A stretch of 64,000 nt of DNA from Phoronis australis (Eukaryota > Animalia > Phoronida), in the NCBI GenBank assembly GCA_002633005.1, contig NMRA01000166.1, positions 715,620 through 779,619 on the forward strand, in the 5' to 3' direction. Under the pieces are notes generated by a model that saw only the letters and a list, made by a program, of their open reading frames with translations, was not told where the DNA came from and searched no databases. This document shows, piece by piece, positions 14,047 through 26,200 of this stretch (position 1 is the first letter of the stretch; every line of letters starts with the position of its first letter). The position numbers and the translations under genes were made by a program.

Positions 14047-14598
14047 TGTCAGGAGTGGACTGACACTGTTCTTAGTTTTATTATTTTGTTCTATTGTTCT
14101 GTTTGTGTTCCAGCAGATAGTTATTGATTGGCAGGTCAGCGATGATACAATTTGTTTATCAAAGAATAGTGTGGAACTTTATAGAAGATTCGAGCATGCA
14201 AGTGATTAATGTAATCTGGAAAATTCTAGAGCGTAGTATATATTTGTCGAATGGTTGAGTAGATTCCGGAAAGTTCTAGAATGTGCTTGAATTGGTGAAA
14301 AGTTGTAGAAAATTGCATGAGACTATAAATACCCTAACACGGGTTTGTGACAGTCAGTTGAATTACAAGACAGCTGCAGCTGAGTTGCTGAAAGTGTTTC
14401 AGAAGTTCATCACAAGCCAAGGCTTCGCAGCACTGGCTGGAGCATAGAACAAACATTACGTCGGTCGTTTTGTTTGAGTAGGTCGAGATTAATAAAGTGA
14501 TTAACTCCAACGAGTCTTCAGTCTAGCGTCGCACCGAAAACGACTAGCATCGGTCGATAACTACCTGCGCCCACCCACACACGAGGAAAAACGTGACA
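14047..14598 (+). mobile_element. Solo LTR (Gypsy/BEL-like)
   Basis: TGTCA...TGACA termini, TATAAATA near 14324, AATAAA at 14491; TSD imperfect (GAGAA/GAAAA). Confidence 0.6.
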
Positions 14599-15904
14599 GA
14601 AAAAATCGACGAATTGGCGAGAAGTTGACAGATCGTGTTTTTTTAATTTTAAACTAAAAGAAAATGGTTTGATATGAACATAAATTAAAAGTCTTTACGG
14701 ACAAGCCATAAAAATATCTGGTGAGTAGGTTGAAATCTGTTTCAGTGGCAGAGAACCACTTTCAATATTGCAATTTAGTCTGTTTATTGCGTCCCAGACC
14801 TCTTTAATCTCCTCGTCATCCGTTGCCATGTTCTCCATAGGAGCACATCTGTCAAATTTCTCGAAGATCGTTCAAGGAGGTAAGAAAACACACCCATGGA
14901 CGCAAAAAACAAAATTGCCACTAGTGGGCACCTGTGACCGGTTGCATGAAACAGTCCCAAATAGGGATTCAACTAGAGTCCCGAAATCTACTGCGTATTT
15001 TTGGACTTGTGAAAACATCGATTGCCCTTTCTTGGATTGTTTTAGTTTCATTACTAAGTTAACTTTTGACTTTGATACAAATCGAGTGTGAACTCTACGT
15101 TGAATTGTCAATGTTATCGAAAATAATTAGGGATCTTTTCACGCAACAGCCCCAATTTAAGGACTGAGTCCCAATTTATTTTCAATGAACTCTCGGCTCA
15201 GTTTTTAGTTATATTATAAGAAAATTTTATTAATCAAAGAGGAGCTCATAGTAGAGATGAAATGATAGAAAAATATTGCACCTGTGCGTCCATGAAGACA
15301 CAAATGTGCAAAAAGACTTAGGGACCTTAGTTGAGTCTCTATTTGGGACTGTTTCCTGGAACCGTCCACAGAGCAGTAAAACGCATCCGAAAAGCAATGT
15401 CTTCTCACCAGCAAAACATCTGTAACTTTTTATAATGATCTTTTAAGTGGTTTGGCGCACATCAAAAATGCACTCAAAGTGTTTTAAATGACCATCAAGT
15501 GGTGCAGAATACGTCAAATTTGTCCCAAAATTGGAAAGCGTCGACGTCCTCTCAATAGAAACCTGTTTGCCAAATTTCTTGAAAATCCATCGAGGAACAC
15601 TAAAGACACAGAGGCAAACGGCATTGGTTTCAGCGAATGGACATGTCTGACAGGCATTGGTGCGAACTGGCGATTTTGTAATAAAATCACAAAGAAACAA
15701 CGAGTTTGGTTGTTGGGTAGCTCTGGTTAAACCTAATAACTTCAAAAAGTCTACCCAATCCAATAATATTAAAAAAATATTTCCTGCCGTAAAAGCGATA
15801 ATATCTCTTTAACCCTTTCTAAAACCGCTCTGAGGTGGTGGTGTGTTATAACTATTATTAAAATCACTTGGTCTATTTACACCGACCCTTTGTCTATTTA
15901 CACT

Positions 15905-15950
15905 GTCGCGACGTTTCGGTCGGCCTATTCTCCGGCCATCGTCAGGTGTT
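15905..15950 (-). ncRNA. Minimal type I hammerhead ribozyme motif
   Basis: CAC-CUGACGA-U-GGCCGG-agaauagg-CCGACC-GAAAC-GUC-GCG. Confidence 0.6.
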
Positions 15951-16098
15951 CCCGCGTTCTTAGAAGAACGAGCACGGATGTTTGGTACACTCATGGGTGA
16001 TTTTTTGTCCGAGGCTGGATTTGAATCTACGACTTCTGAAACTACAGATAATTCGAGTCCAGCACCTTAACCACTACACCAAATGTAAATGGATGACT

Positions 16099-16173
16099 CC
16101 GTGGTGTAGTGGTTAAGGTGTTGGACTCGAAATATCTGTAGTTTTATAAGTCGTGGGTTCAAATCCTGCCTGG
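16099..16173 (+). pseudogene. tRNA-Ser(CGA)-derived head (not a functional tRNA)
   Basis: GTGGTTAAGGTGTTGGACTCGAAAT ... GGGTTCAAATCCTGC; anticodon and acceptor stems broken. Confidence 0.55.
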
Positions 16174-17011
16174 GAAAAAAATCACACCATGAGTGTACCA
16201 CATATCCGTGCTCGTTCTTCTAAGAACGCGGGAACACGAAACGTCGTGACATAGTAAATAGAGCAAGAGATTTTAATAATAGTTATCTCTTTAGCCCGTT
16301 AGACATGAACACTGTACACGGCGACGTCCTAAAAATTATAGCCCGACAATCTGATCGACAAGTGCAGGTTTCCTACGAATAACTCTCTCTACGTACACAA
16401 TGATTTCTTGGAATTATTTAATCGATATAAAGCCATTGTTAATACTTCTTGCGTAATTTACAAATAGGAGTCTTCAACTTCGTCAAACTTCATGTATTAG
16501 AGTCTCACATTATTTGGTTGGAAGTGTTTTGATTTTGCTAAGCTTCACATGAACATGTTCTGTGGTTCTCTCAACCAATTTGAAAGTTTGTATATATATT
16601 TCCTCTCGTGAATAGGCAAATGCCCCGGAACGCCTCTTCAAAAGAGAGCCCCGTCTCAAAGGAGGCCCTTTAAACAGTACACACCATGGATTTTTGCACA
16701 TTTTGAGTTACCGGTGGCCACAGACTAAATGTATGACGTAAAATTTAGCTAAACCCATGTTTATTTCGTGTAATTAGCTCGAAATTTTGATTTTTCTTTC
16801 AATTTTGCCAATTTTCACATTTGCCGCCATGTGACGTCATGGGTTGAAAACAAGAGATCAGTGACTAGCATTGAACAATGGCGGAGAGCAGGGAATTTGA
16901 AAGCGACGACGATTATGAGCATGAATTGAACGAATACTATGAAAAAACGTACGGGCATGGTGGCCAGGATGAGGAAATGGGGTTGCACGAAAGCGAGAAC
17001 AAGTTTAATGT

Positions 17012-17495
17012 NNNNNNNNNNNNNNNNNNNNNNNNNNNNNNNNNNNNNNNNNNNNNNNNNNNNNNNNNNNNNNNNNNNNNNNNNNNNNNNNNNNNNNNNN
17101 NNNNNNNNNNNNNNNNNNNNNNNNNNNNNNNNNNNNNNNNNNNNNNNNNNNNNNNNNNNNNNNNNNNNNNNNNNNNNNNNNNNNNNNNNNNNNNNNNNNN
17201 NNNNNNNNNNNNNNNNNNNNNNNNNNNNNNNNNNNNNNNNNNNNNNNNNNNNNNNNNNNNNNNNNNNNNNNNNNNNNNNNNNNNNNNNNNNNNNNNNNNN
17301 NNNNNNNNNNNNNNNNNNNNNNNNNNNNNNNNNNNNNNNNNNNNNNNNNNNNNNNNNNNNNNNNNNNNNNNNNNNNNNNNNNNNNNNNNNNNNNNNNNNN
17401 NNNNNNNNNNNNNNNNNNNNNNNNNNNNNNNNNNNNNNNNNNNNNNNNNNNNNNNNNNNNNNNNNNNNNNNNNNNNNNNNNNNNNNNNNNNNNNN
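17012..17495. other. Assembly gap (N run)
   Basis: Ns. Confidence 1.
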
Positions 17496-18042
17496 TGGAA
17501 GGACTACAAAATTGTTATGCTTTTCAAAAACAATAAAAGAAGTATTTCACTTTTCGGTGTTGATGATTGAAATTGACTGTTTTTATAAGCACGTCACTGC
17601 GTATTCCTTGACAATCAGTCTGACTGTTTGTCTGGTCGCGCTCTATATCTTTTAGATTTAGACCTTATGTTTTGGGGTTTGTTTTTGCATCTGCTGTTTG
17701 TGATAAAAATAAATGATTGACTTTGAGTCTATGCCACCACTATCCTTTACCGATGTTTTGATGTGGTGACATCACGGTGTCGGGTATGGGACGTCCTTAT
17801 GGAGAATCAGAACAAATAATGTTACGTGACTGGAATGTCTAGGCGCACACAGGGCACATGCTTGTACGTGTGCGTGTCTGTGTTCCAATGAACTTTGGAC
17901 AATATATTGAAATCTTTAAAAATTGCATAATTACACCAAGGAACTGAATACAACGCTATATCTGTTGTCTTTATATAGACGCTGAGGTTGGCCAGTAATG
18001 AAATATATCAAATAAACACAGAAAAGTCAGGAAACCCAACTG

Positions 18043-18162
18043 CTCTCTCTCTCTCTCTCTCTCTAGAGCACTTGAGCGGCAATCTAGAGTCCTGTGGTTC
18101 GATTCCCAGTTGTGGTTCCGGATTTTTCTGTGTTTATTTGATCTGTTGTCTTTGAAACACAA
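18043..18162 (+). mobile_element. (CT)n microsatellite followed by tRNA-derived SINE fragment
   Basis: CT repeat, then AGAGCACTTG...GGTTCGATTCCC B-box. Confidence 0.5.
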
Positions 18163-19031
18163 AAATATTTATAAAATTTGCTTACGTGATGCAAGATACT
18201 ACCTTTCATCTCCTTGTAGGCTAGTATAAGAATATAAATGAATAACGCATGTTTTAAATAACATTGCTCCACCTAAATACACATATAAACGTTTTAGTGA
18301 AATCACCAGTTGTAGTCCACGATGTGTGAATTTATTTTAGCCCGTGTTTTATTGCGTGAAGCCACCGCTAACGAGGTAACTGGTCACAATACGACCTTAG
18401 ATCAGATTTTCTGATAAACAAACCTCTTGACGATAGCGGGACTTGTACAAACCATTGACGAAGTACAAGGTCCCTTGAGAAGGGAGGAGGTGTTAATGCA
18501 ACGGCGAGACTTAGTGATTTGTTACAAAATAACAAAAATACAACGGATATTTTGTTTTATAACTCTGTTCAAAGCTAATAACTTCAAAGTGTCTATCCCA
18601 TTCAACAGCAATCCCAAAGTTGCCTTTTTCAGCCTCAAAACGATAAAGTTCTTATATAGGCTGTTTATAGAAATACACTTTTTTCACAACACTACCAAGT
18701 TTCAAGTTGAATTTTTATTCTTATGAAATACAATTGTTTCTTGGTTTTCATTTGTTAATGTTGTATTAAATCGAATGTGATGGTTTAACTTCCTTACTCT
18801 GGACAAAATTTTTGATACATGCAGATTCTTACCACACGTCTTTAAGTAGCGTGTTCCTTTTACACGCGGAATCTCGCCCTCCGGGAATGTACGGTACTGC
18901 AGAACGCATAAGCCTCTTGGAAATAGGCTACATGTTCTGTTTTCAAGCCAACTTATCGAACGATTAATCGACATTTACCACTTAGAGCGCTGTGGGAGAT
19001 GAAGATAATCTGATGGTGGGCATTTGAAAAA

Positions 19032-19083
19032 ATGAGACTGGCATACATGACTCTGGTTTTAACAACTCTCGCTTCCTGTATAA
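19032..19083 (+). CDS. Ly6/Quiver-like exon 1 (signal peptide)
   Basis: AAAATG start, MRLAYMTLVLTTLASCI, donor A|GTAAG in phase 1 matching exon 2. Confidence 0.75.
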
Positions 19084-22000
19084 GTAAGGTTTGAAATTGC
19101 TTTTTGTGTGACATTATGCAAAGAAACTTTCAATAGTACTTCTATATCACACACTATTTTGGTTATTGGTACGTTTTTAAAAGCTGGTTCTAGTCCGCCT
19201 TGTCATCAAGCGAAAAGGAACTTTTGATTTAGACCACTTGCCGCAATAATACTGGTCTCTATTTTTTCCTCACATAAATGAGGAATATTTTCTGGGACCG
19301 GAAAGAACTGATCGTTAAGAGACCGCATAATATAATCTGCTTCCATGGCAAGTTCACGTTCAGCTTGAACTTCAGCAAAAATCTGTCAGTTATTTTAAAG
19401 CTCTGAAATCACCTTTTATTCAAGTAGTAACCAACTACGAGTGTTTCTTCTTTGCACAATCCCAAACCTGAACAACCGTTGCCTTCAGTGAAAAAGTGAT
19501 ATAATTGTGCACGTTTGTGCGTTGTTTTTCGCACTAAGCGATTGTAATTTCTCTCCCCATTCGTCTGTTTAGGTTATTGTGAAAACGTGTTATTAAAGGC
19601 AATAGCACGGTCCCGGATTACACAGCTACATTTGAATTTCACGGCATTGACCCACAATGCTTCAACATCCGTCAAGCAGTTCTCTAGCCTCGTTTTTTAC
19701 GCTTCTGAAGTTTCTCGTGTAATTTTTTAAATTTTACTCGACTGCATGAATTGTATTCGCCAGCGAACTTATACTGTTGTGCTGTGGGCTGCAATCCCGA
19801 CAGTAGAAAGATAGATAAACTTGGGATGTGTCCATGAATTATATCTTTTCCGTACTTTCTAAAACGAGACCAATGTAATAAGACGTTTTCCTGTCTCCAA
19901 GGGAGATTTCTATCCGGGACCGTCTTATTGCTTTAGTACCTATGTCTTTGGTCAACGTTATGCAAACATGGTTTCGACAGATGTATGACTGGCATCTGTA
20001 ACATGAGGAGTGAAACCAAACTTTACGGAGATTTTAACGTCTCTTCGATGAAAGGGCAAGACTCTGTCTTGGTCAAATGCTAGCCCTACCATGGAGTGTG
20101 CAATGCTTTCTTTGGGGAGGCACTGTAGCGTTTTCTCTCACGGAGCACACGTCAGTCACTGGACTTGCTGCCTTTCTTCTATTTGATCAAAAAACGTGTG
20201 AACAGAAAACTTGTGTCATTTCACATCAAAAGCACACATGACAAAGAAACTTTATTTTTTCTATCTCATATTTAGCCCTTTCACTCCCATGGAAAAGTAA
20301 ACCAAGCTCAGAAAAAGGTGGCAAATAGCACAGAATTGACACTTTTCACCCAAAAACCACAACTTCCGTGCCAGTGCTCTACATAACCCAACATTAGGCT
20401 CTGAAAGCAAAGTCACCACAGATTCTAAAAATGTGGTCCAAAAGTGCTGCCATTACATTACATTTCTGTTAATTCTAGGTTGTTTGAGGGCACCAATATA
20501 ACAATGGTAGAGGCGCCGCCATTTTAAGAAAAAAAGTATCTACAGCTGAATTAGTGGACTTTTCTTATTCGTAACATTTTCACAAATACGAGCAAACCAA
20601 TTTCACTGAACTTAATCGTAATGTATACCTCAAGACCGCCTCTATATATTTGTGTTGAAGCCTGGAGAGCTGGTTTGTGTTTTGTTTCTTTTACTTTTAA
20701 TCACAAACTTCTATGGAATCATTTGTATAGTGTTTTAAACGATAATGAAAATTTTACAGCTTTTGGAACATCAAAAACTGATTTTGAGAGTATAAATTGT
20801 CGAGATATCCAAAACTGAAGATTTGATAAACTTTCTTAGTCAATAAAAATGCACGTGACACTTTTCGTGCAATATCATTATGAATGAAAAGGTCATTGGA
20901 GCCAGAAACGCGAATAGAATACGGGTAATATTGTCGGATGGTTTTGAAACTGCCGGGAAACAACTCCTGGAGTTGAATAGCCTCGAACCAGTCTCCAGCG
21001 CGCAGTCAGCTTCGTGTATGACGGATAACACAGTTAGTACCTGACTGTATTCGCTTCCTCATTTAGAAAATCGTGTGAGTTGACCTGCGTGATAGGTGTC
21101 GCTCAGTGGTGTACGTTTATTACGAACTAACACTAACGCAGACTGTGTTATTATGCATCCTTCTGCTGCGAGGCAGATTGTCACCCACCTTTACAGTTCA
21201 ACATGTTATATAACTTTTGTAATTACTGATATCTGTAGTAGTTTAGTTTGTCATAATATATATGACCTTTTATCTCAACTACACGTGTTGTTTCACTGTA
21301 AACTAGCTTCGGTATCGCTTCGCAGTTAGCGCATATAAAAACTATTAATAAGTATTAAATTATTTTATGTAAGCTATACTGCCTCAACCTCATTATCATA
21401 TTGTTTGGATTCTCTGGTCAGTGACCCTCTTTGTTTTATCATTATTGGTTCAATTGTACCACGTGATCTCTTTGTCTTGTCGCAGCACTGGGCCATCGAC
21501 AACAGTTTTCTCCAACTTTCATTTTTCACTCAATTTCTCTTTCCCTCCCTCCCCCAAACCAATTTTCTTTCTCTCTTATCCTCAAATTTCCCATGTCGCT
21601 GTCCCGGTGTTGCTGTTATGCTTCGGCATATTGTTTCTTAACTTACTATTCACCACTTGTGTATACCTTCATTGGAGGCAGATTGTCACCCACCTTTACA
21701 GTTCAACATGTTATATAACTTTTGTAATTACTGATATCTGTAGTAGTTTAGTTTGTCATAATATATATGACCTTTTATCTCAACTACACGTGTTGTTTCA
21801 CTGTAAACTAGCTTCGGTATCGCTTCGCAGTTAGCGCATATAAAAATATGTTGCCGTTAGCAAGCGGACGACTACATGAAATTAGAAGTTATGAAAGGTC
21901 AACCTCCGTCGCTTAGGTCCTCGTGCGTTATTTCTATGACCAGAAGAGATCGGAGGCGTCTAGTCTCGCTATGGGTACTAGTCTAGTTAATATGGTGAAA

Positions 22001-23210
22001 TATTGGCAGATATTTGAAGAATTGTAAAGAATAATGACATCAACTTAAAATTTCGGGCGTTAATCCTGCTGCGACTTAGCATCACGGAATCGTGCCTGTG
22101 GACTGCCTTGCGATCCGTCATCGGCCTGCGACGTTTTACTTTCGTTTTATTTTACGTTGTTTGTATCTAATTCAAGTAAACAAAAGCCATAAACGATCTA
22201 AATTTTTCCATGGATGACAACTTAGATTTCTTTTAAGACGTTTTACACTTGTCATCTTTAGAAATCGCGAAAAACTTATGTAGGGTGCTTTTAAGGTTTG
22301 TTTTTACGGCACCTTAACTTTTACACAATTAAAATTTTGGCCGCCGGGTGGAGCTCATTGCTCCTGATGATAGTCCATCCACCACAAATTTAATTATCGG
22401 TGACTTTTCATATTGGCGCAATCTAGAGTAATTAGGACGTGAAAGTGACTTCCGATTGCTCCCGACTCAGATTCCGCAATGGACAGAAGCTCATTTACTG
22501 CATAGTGGTTCATTGATCTAAGAACAATGGAACAAATCCCCCCTGTCAGCCCCTCCAATTGTTTGATTAGTTTAAGTGCATTAATTTACTTTAGCTTTTT
22601 AACATCGCCTGGGACAGATTCTTCTTCGCAGTGTAAAATGTTTGGAACATGATGTCATTGTTCATCCATTGCTATTTCATAAAGTTTGCCTCTTTCCGTA
22701 AGGCATTAGTACACCCCACAGACAAATTGCCGGCTTCATGATACCAGGAAAGGTGATTACACCAGTAGGTTGAAATCTTGCGTACGCATTACGTAGGATC
22801 TGCATGTGGTGCTGAACGCCTGTCCACCATTCCAGATCGCCGTCTGGCGGTATAGTGAATTTCAATATGGCGTGGCTATTTCACATTCCACTCTTCTAAT
22901 AGTTGCTGTCTTCTGTCTTTAATCACCATCAACAGATCGACGTCGTCAAAATCGCGCTCAGTGTTATTAGGCCTACTATTCTTCCAAGTCACTATAATGT
23001 CTTTAGGTCATAGTCCAGAACATAATGCATTGACGTATTCTGCTCGTCAAGGGTTAGGCTATTGCATTGCTGTATCATGTGTAGAACAATGCTTCTTGAA
23101 GTCTCCTGAATAGTTTCATAACAGGGTGAGAACTCATTAGGTCTTCATAACACAACGAGATCCGCTTCATGTCGACGTTATTAAACTAAAAGGCATGGTG
23201 TACTGTTCCC

Positions 23211-23257
<47 letters not shown>

Positions 23258-26200
23258 TGAAGTCACGCGTCCAAGTTTTGAGAAGTTCGAAATTTATTTT
23301 TCATCTTAGGAATCTCCAGACCTGTTTTGCTTATTGTTTGAATATTGCAAAATATGAAAATGCCAACTGTCCTCCGTTTTACATACCCTTTATTCTTTCA
23401 GATGCTCGCCGACTACGCTGCTTTTCATGCAGAACTCAGACAGACAATGGCTGTGGGAGTACGTTTGCTTCCACAGGATCCAGCGTAGAGTGCGAAATGT
23501 TTGATGAGGAGAAATCTTGCTTAAAGATACACTACTACGACAAGGAAACAGGTAGGAGGTACACCGACTGCCAGTGCAGTATTTTTATTACTAACTAAAT
23601 GTGCTACAGCTTAGAACCCCCTCAAAACGGGCTGATAAAATTGAGAGTCGGGTGGGCGAAAATTGCAGCTACCAAGTTTTCATAGCTTAGGCGTCTATAG
23701 AAACGTTTTAAGGTTTAAACATGTTAGCTTTAGTAACAAGAGCAACATAAGGCGTTGGTATGCGCCCATAGTGCACCGCAAACGGAATGTTTCAACATTC
23801 GCTTTTCAGTTTCAAAAAATGTTTGCAATAAAATCATTCTTTGTATATTTCTGAGCAGTTTTACCAAACTACCTACAGAGACGTGACTGTAACAGATGTG
23901 AGACTGTGGCAGTTGCTTAAGCGAAGTTTTAGTATCCGATGTCTAATGAATTTTTAACCGAAAATGTGCAGAGTTAAAATGTCGTGACAGCCTAAACATT
24001 CACACCAGTGAGCAACGCATACTTAAAATTTCTTGAGATTACGATGCTGGACTTCATTTAAAAAATCAAACTGACGTCTGTTACAAAATACAATCCACAG
24101 AAAGCACCTCGGGTATTGAAGTACCCAGAGAAGCCACAATTCATTGTCAACATCTATCCAACATAGCTTAAAAGTCACCTCCTGGTACATGGGAATTAAC
24201 ATGGACCTGCAGTCATAAACATGACACTACTCACATTGATTATAGGGCACATGTCGAGTAGAATTGAGCAGATGAAATTGTTGAAATCTATAATAGGGAT
24301 GACACACATTTTGTTTTATTAGAGGGCTTTTCAACTAAGTGCGGTATTATGTCAAGATATTGGAAGTTTTCTAAGTCAAACAAAAGTAATTCCACAGGTC
24401 TCGTTTTCTCGTCTTTCAAAAGCTCTGTATTGATAAAATTGCTTGTTTGTTGATTACTGTTGTAGAATTTAAACTGTGCCAGCAACAGAAGTAAACTCTT
24501 CTTCTAGTTAATTTTTGTCAAAAATTTTAATGGAATAATTCACTATTTCAACGCATTAAACCTAAAAGTGTGTTCTAAAGGATTTCATCAGTGTTCATCA
24601 ATTTCTAACAACTATAAATACTTTGTGGGAAAAATGAAAGACTGAACCATTAGAAAACTGGTAATGAGTAACAGTTGATACCACCATCGCATCGCTTTCC
24701 GTCAACAAGTGATTTTTAATATAAAAGTTTGACTATTACTTCACAAAAACAGGAAAAAAGAAGCAATTACTCCATCAGTGGACCCCCCTCCGTGAGTGGC
24801 TTCTTATAAAAAATAATAATAAACAAAAACATTAAAAGGGAAGCCATAGTTGCCATCAACAAGTCAATCCAAGAGCTTGCATTTATTTCAAATGATATGC
24901 TATTTCATAAAAAAAGAAAAAAGAAATATTAGAGATGATTCCATTATGTGGTGTTAATCTCTGGATAAATACAGCTCTGAATCTCGTATGAATGATTTTT
25001 GACTTTAAAAATCTGAATCAATTTGTCCTGGGAAATATGTGCTTAACTAGTTTTCTCGGACTTCTTTAAAGTGTGTACAAATAAGGGCACTTTTCAAGTG
25101 AGTATAGACAACCCACACTACAAACTTCATTGGGGACCTCTAAAGGATAGATCCAACACTGGTAGCAAACATTTTTTTCTGTTCTACGTGTTTCGCTATG
25201 TCGATTGTACCTGGCCCCGCCCTGCACCAATGCCGGTAGCCACGAAGGTTTCATAGATATATATTTGTATGTGTGTATGTATGTATGTATGTATGTATGT
25301 ATGTATGTATGTTTGTTTGTATGTATGTATGTATGTATGTTTGTTTGTATGTATGTATGTATGTATCTATGTATGTATGTATGTATGTATGTATGTATGT
25401 ATGTATGTATGTATAATGTATATGTATATGTATATATAGACATGTATAGTTGCACAAATATGTAGACATATGCTGCCATGCACAGTTACACAGGTATATA
25501 GATATAGAAAGTTTTGTACAGTCTATCACCTGCAGTCAAATGACAGACCTACGAAGGTTGAATGTTGCCGGTGGGTTGTAAAAGCATAAACTTTGCTCAA
25601 GGGAGAACAACTGTTGTCTGGCAACCAGTCTACGCACGTGGTTATTGATATGATAACTGGTGTGTGGATTGCTCTCGAGACGAATTCGATTCAAATGCGA
25701 AAACTAAATTTCACAGACGAAGTTGTAGTCAGAGCTTTAGGAGCTTTCAGGGGACATAATCGCCGAGAAAAGCGAGTTTCTGACATCAGACTCGGCGCGG
25801 AATTGAACTTGGAACCCTCGCGGTCGCAACGCTCTTCTGCCAAAGATAAATACCACTCGATAAATGACAGAGTATTTTTTCGTATTTAACTGGTAAGCTA
25901 CCAGACTTGATTTCAGCAAATGTTTGGCGGACGTGGCAAAAAGAACGGATTTTACCGCTTTACAGCTCTAGTCAAAGATGTTAACATCAGTTAGTCTATT
26001 CCAGCCTACAACAATCTCTAAAATGCATTTTTCGGTGGTAAAACCAGTAATGTCCCTTTCAAATATGTTTCGTGAGTACTTTCATCGGGCAGTTTTATTT
26101 TGCCATTTTCCACCTCACTCGTAGGTCTACTTTTCAATTACCGAGGAATTTGATGACAAATGGCAAATCCTTGAATATTTAAAGTTTTTATACGTTCGGT

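Larger units (their letters stand above)
15816..16283. mobile_element. Palindromic tRNA-headed, hammerhead-containing Penelope-type non-autonomous retroelement (copy 1)
   Basis: Head-to-head inverted arms; tRNA-Ser(CGA)-like heads at 16008-16081(-) and 16099-16173(+); HHR core in left arm; TSD TATCTCTTTAACCC/TATCTCTTTAGCCC. Confidence 0.75.

Noticed and set aside
16008-16173. Functional tRNA-Ser genes
   Set aside because: Anticodon and acceptor stems do not pair; embedded in a repeat
16939-17655. Long ORFs of 230-238 aa (similarly 36519-36923)
   Set aside because: Length is due to N-gaps
25066-25529. ORFs with HTYI/MYVC repeats
   Set aside because: Translation of the (TATG)n microsatellite
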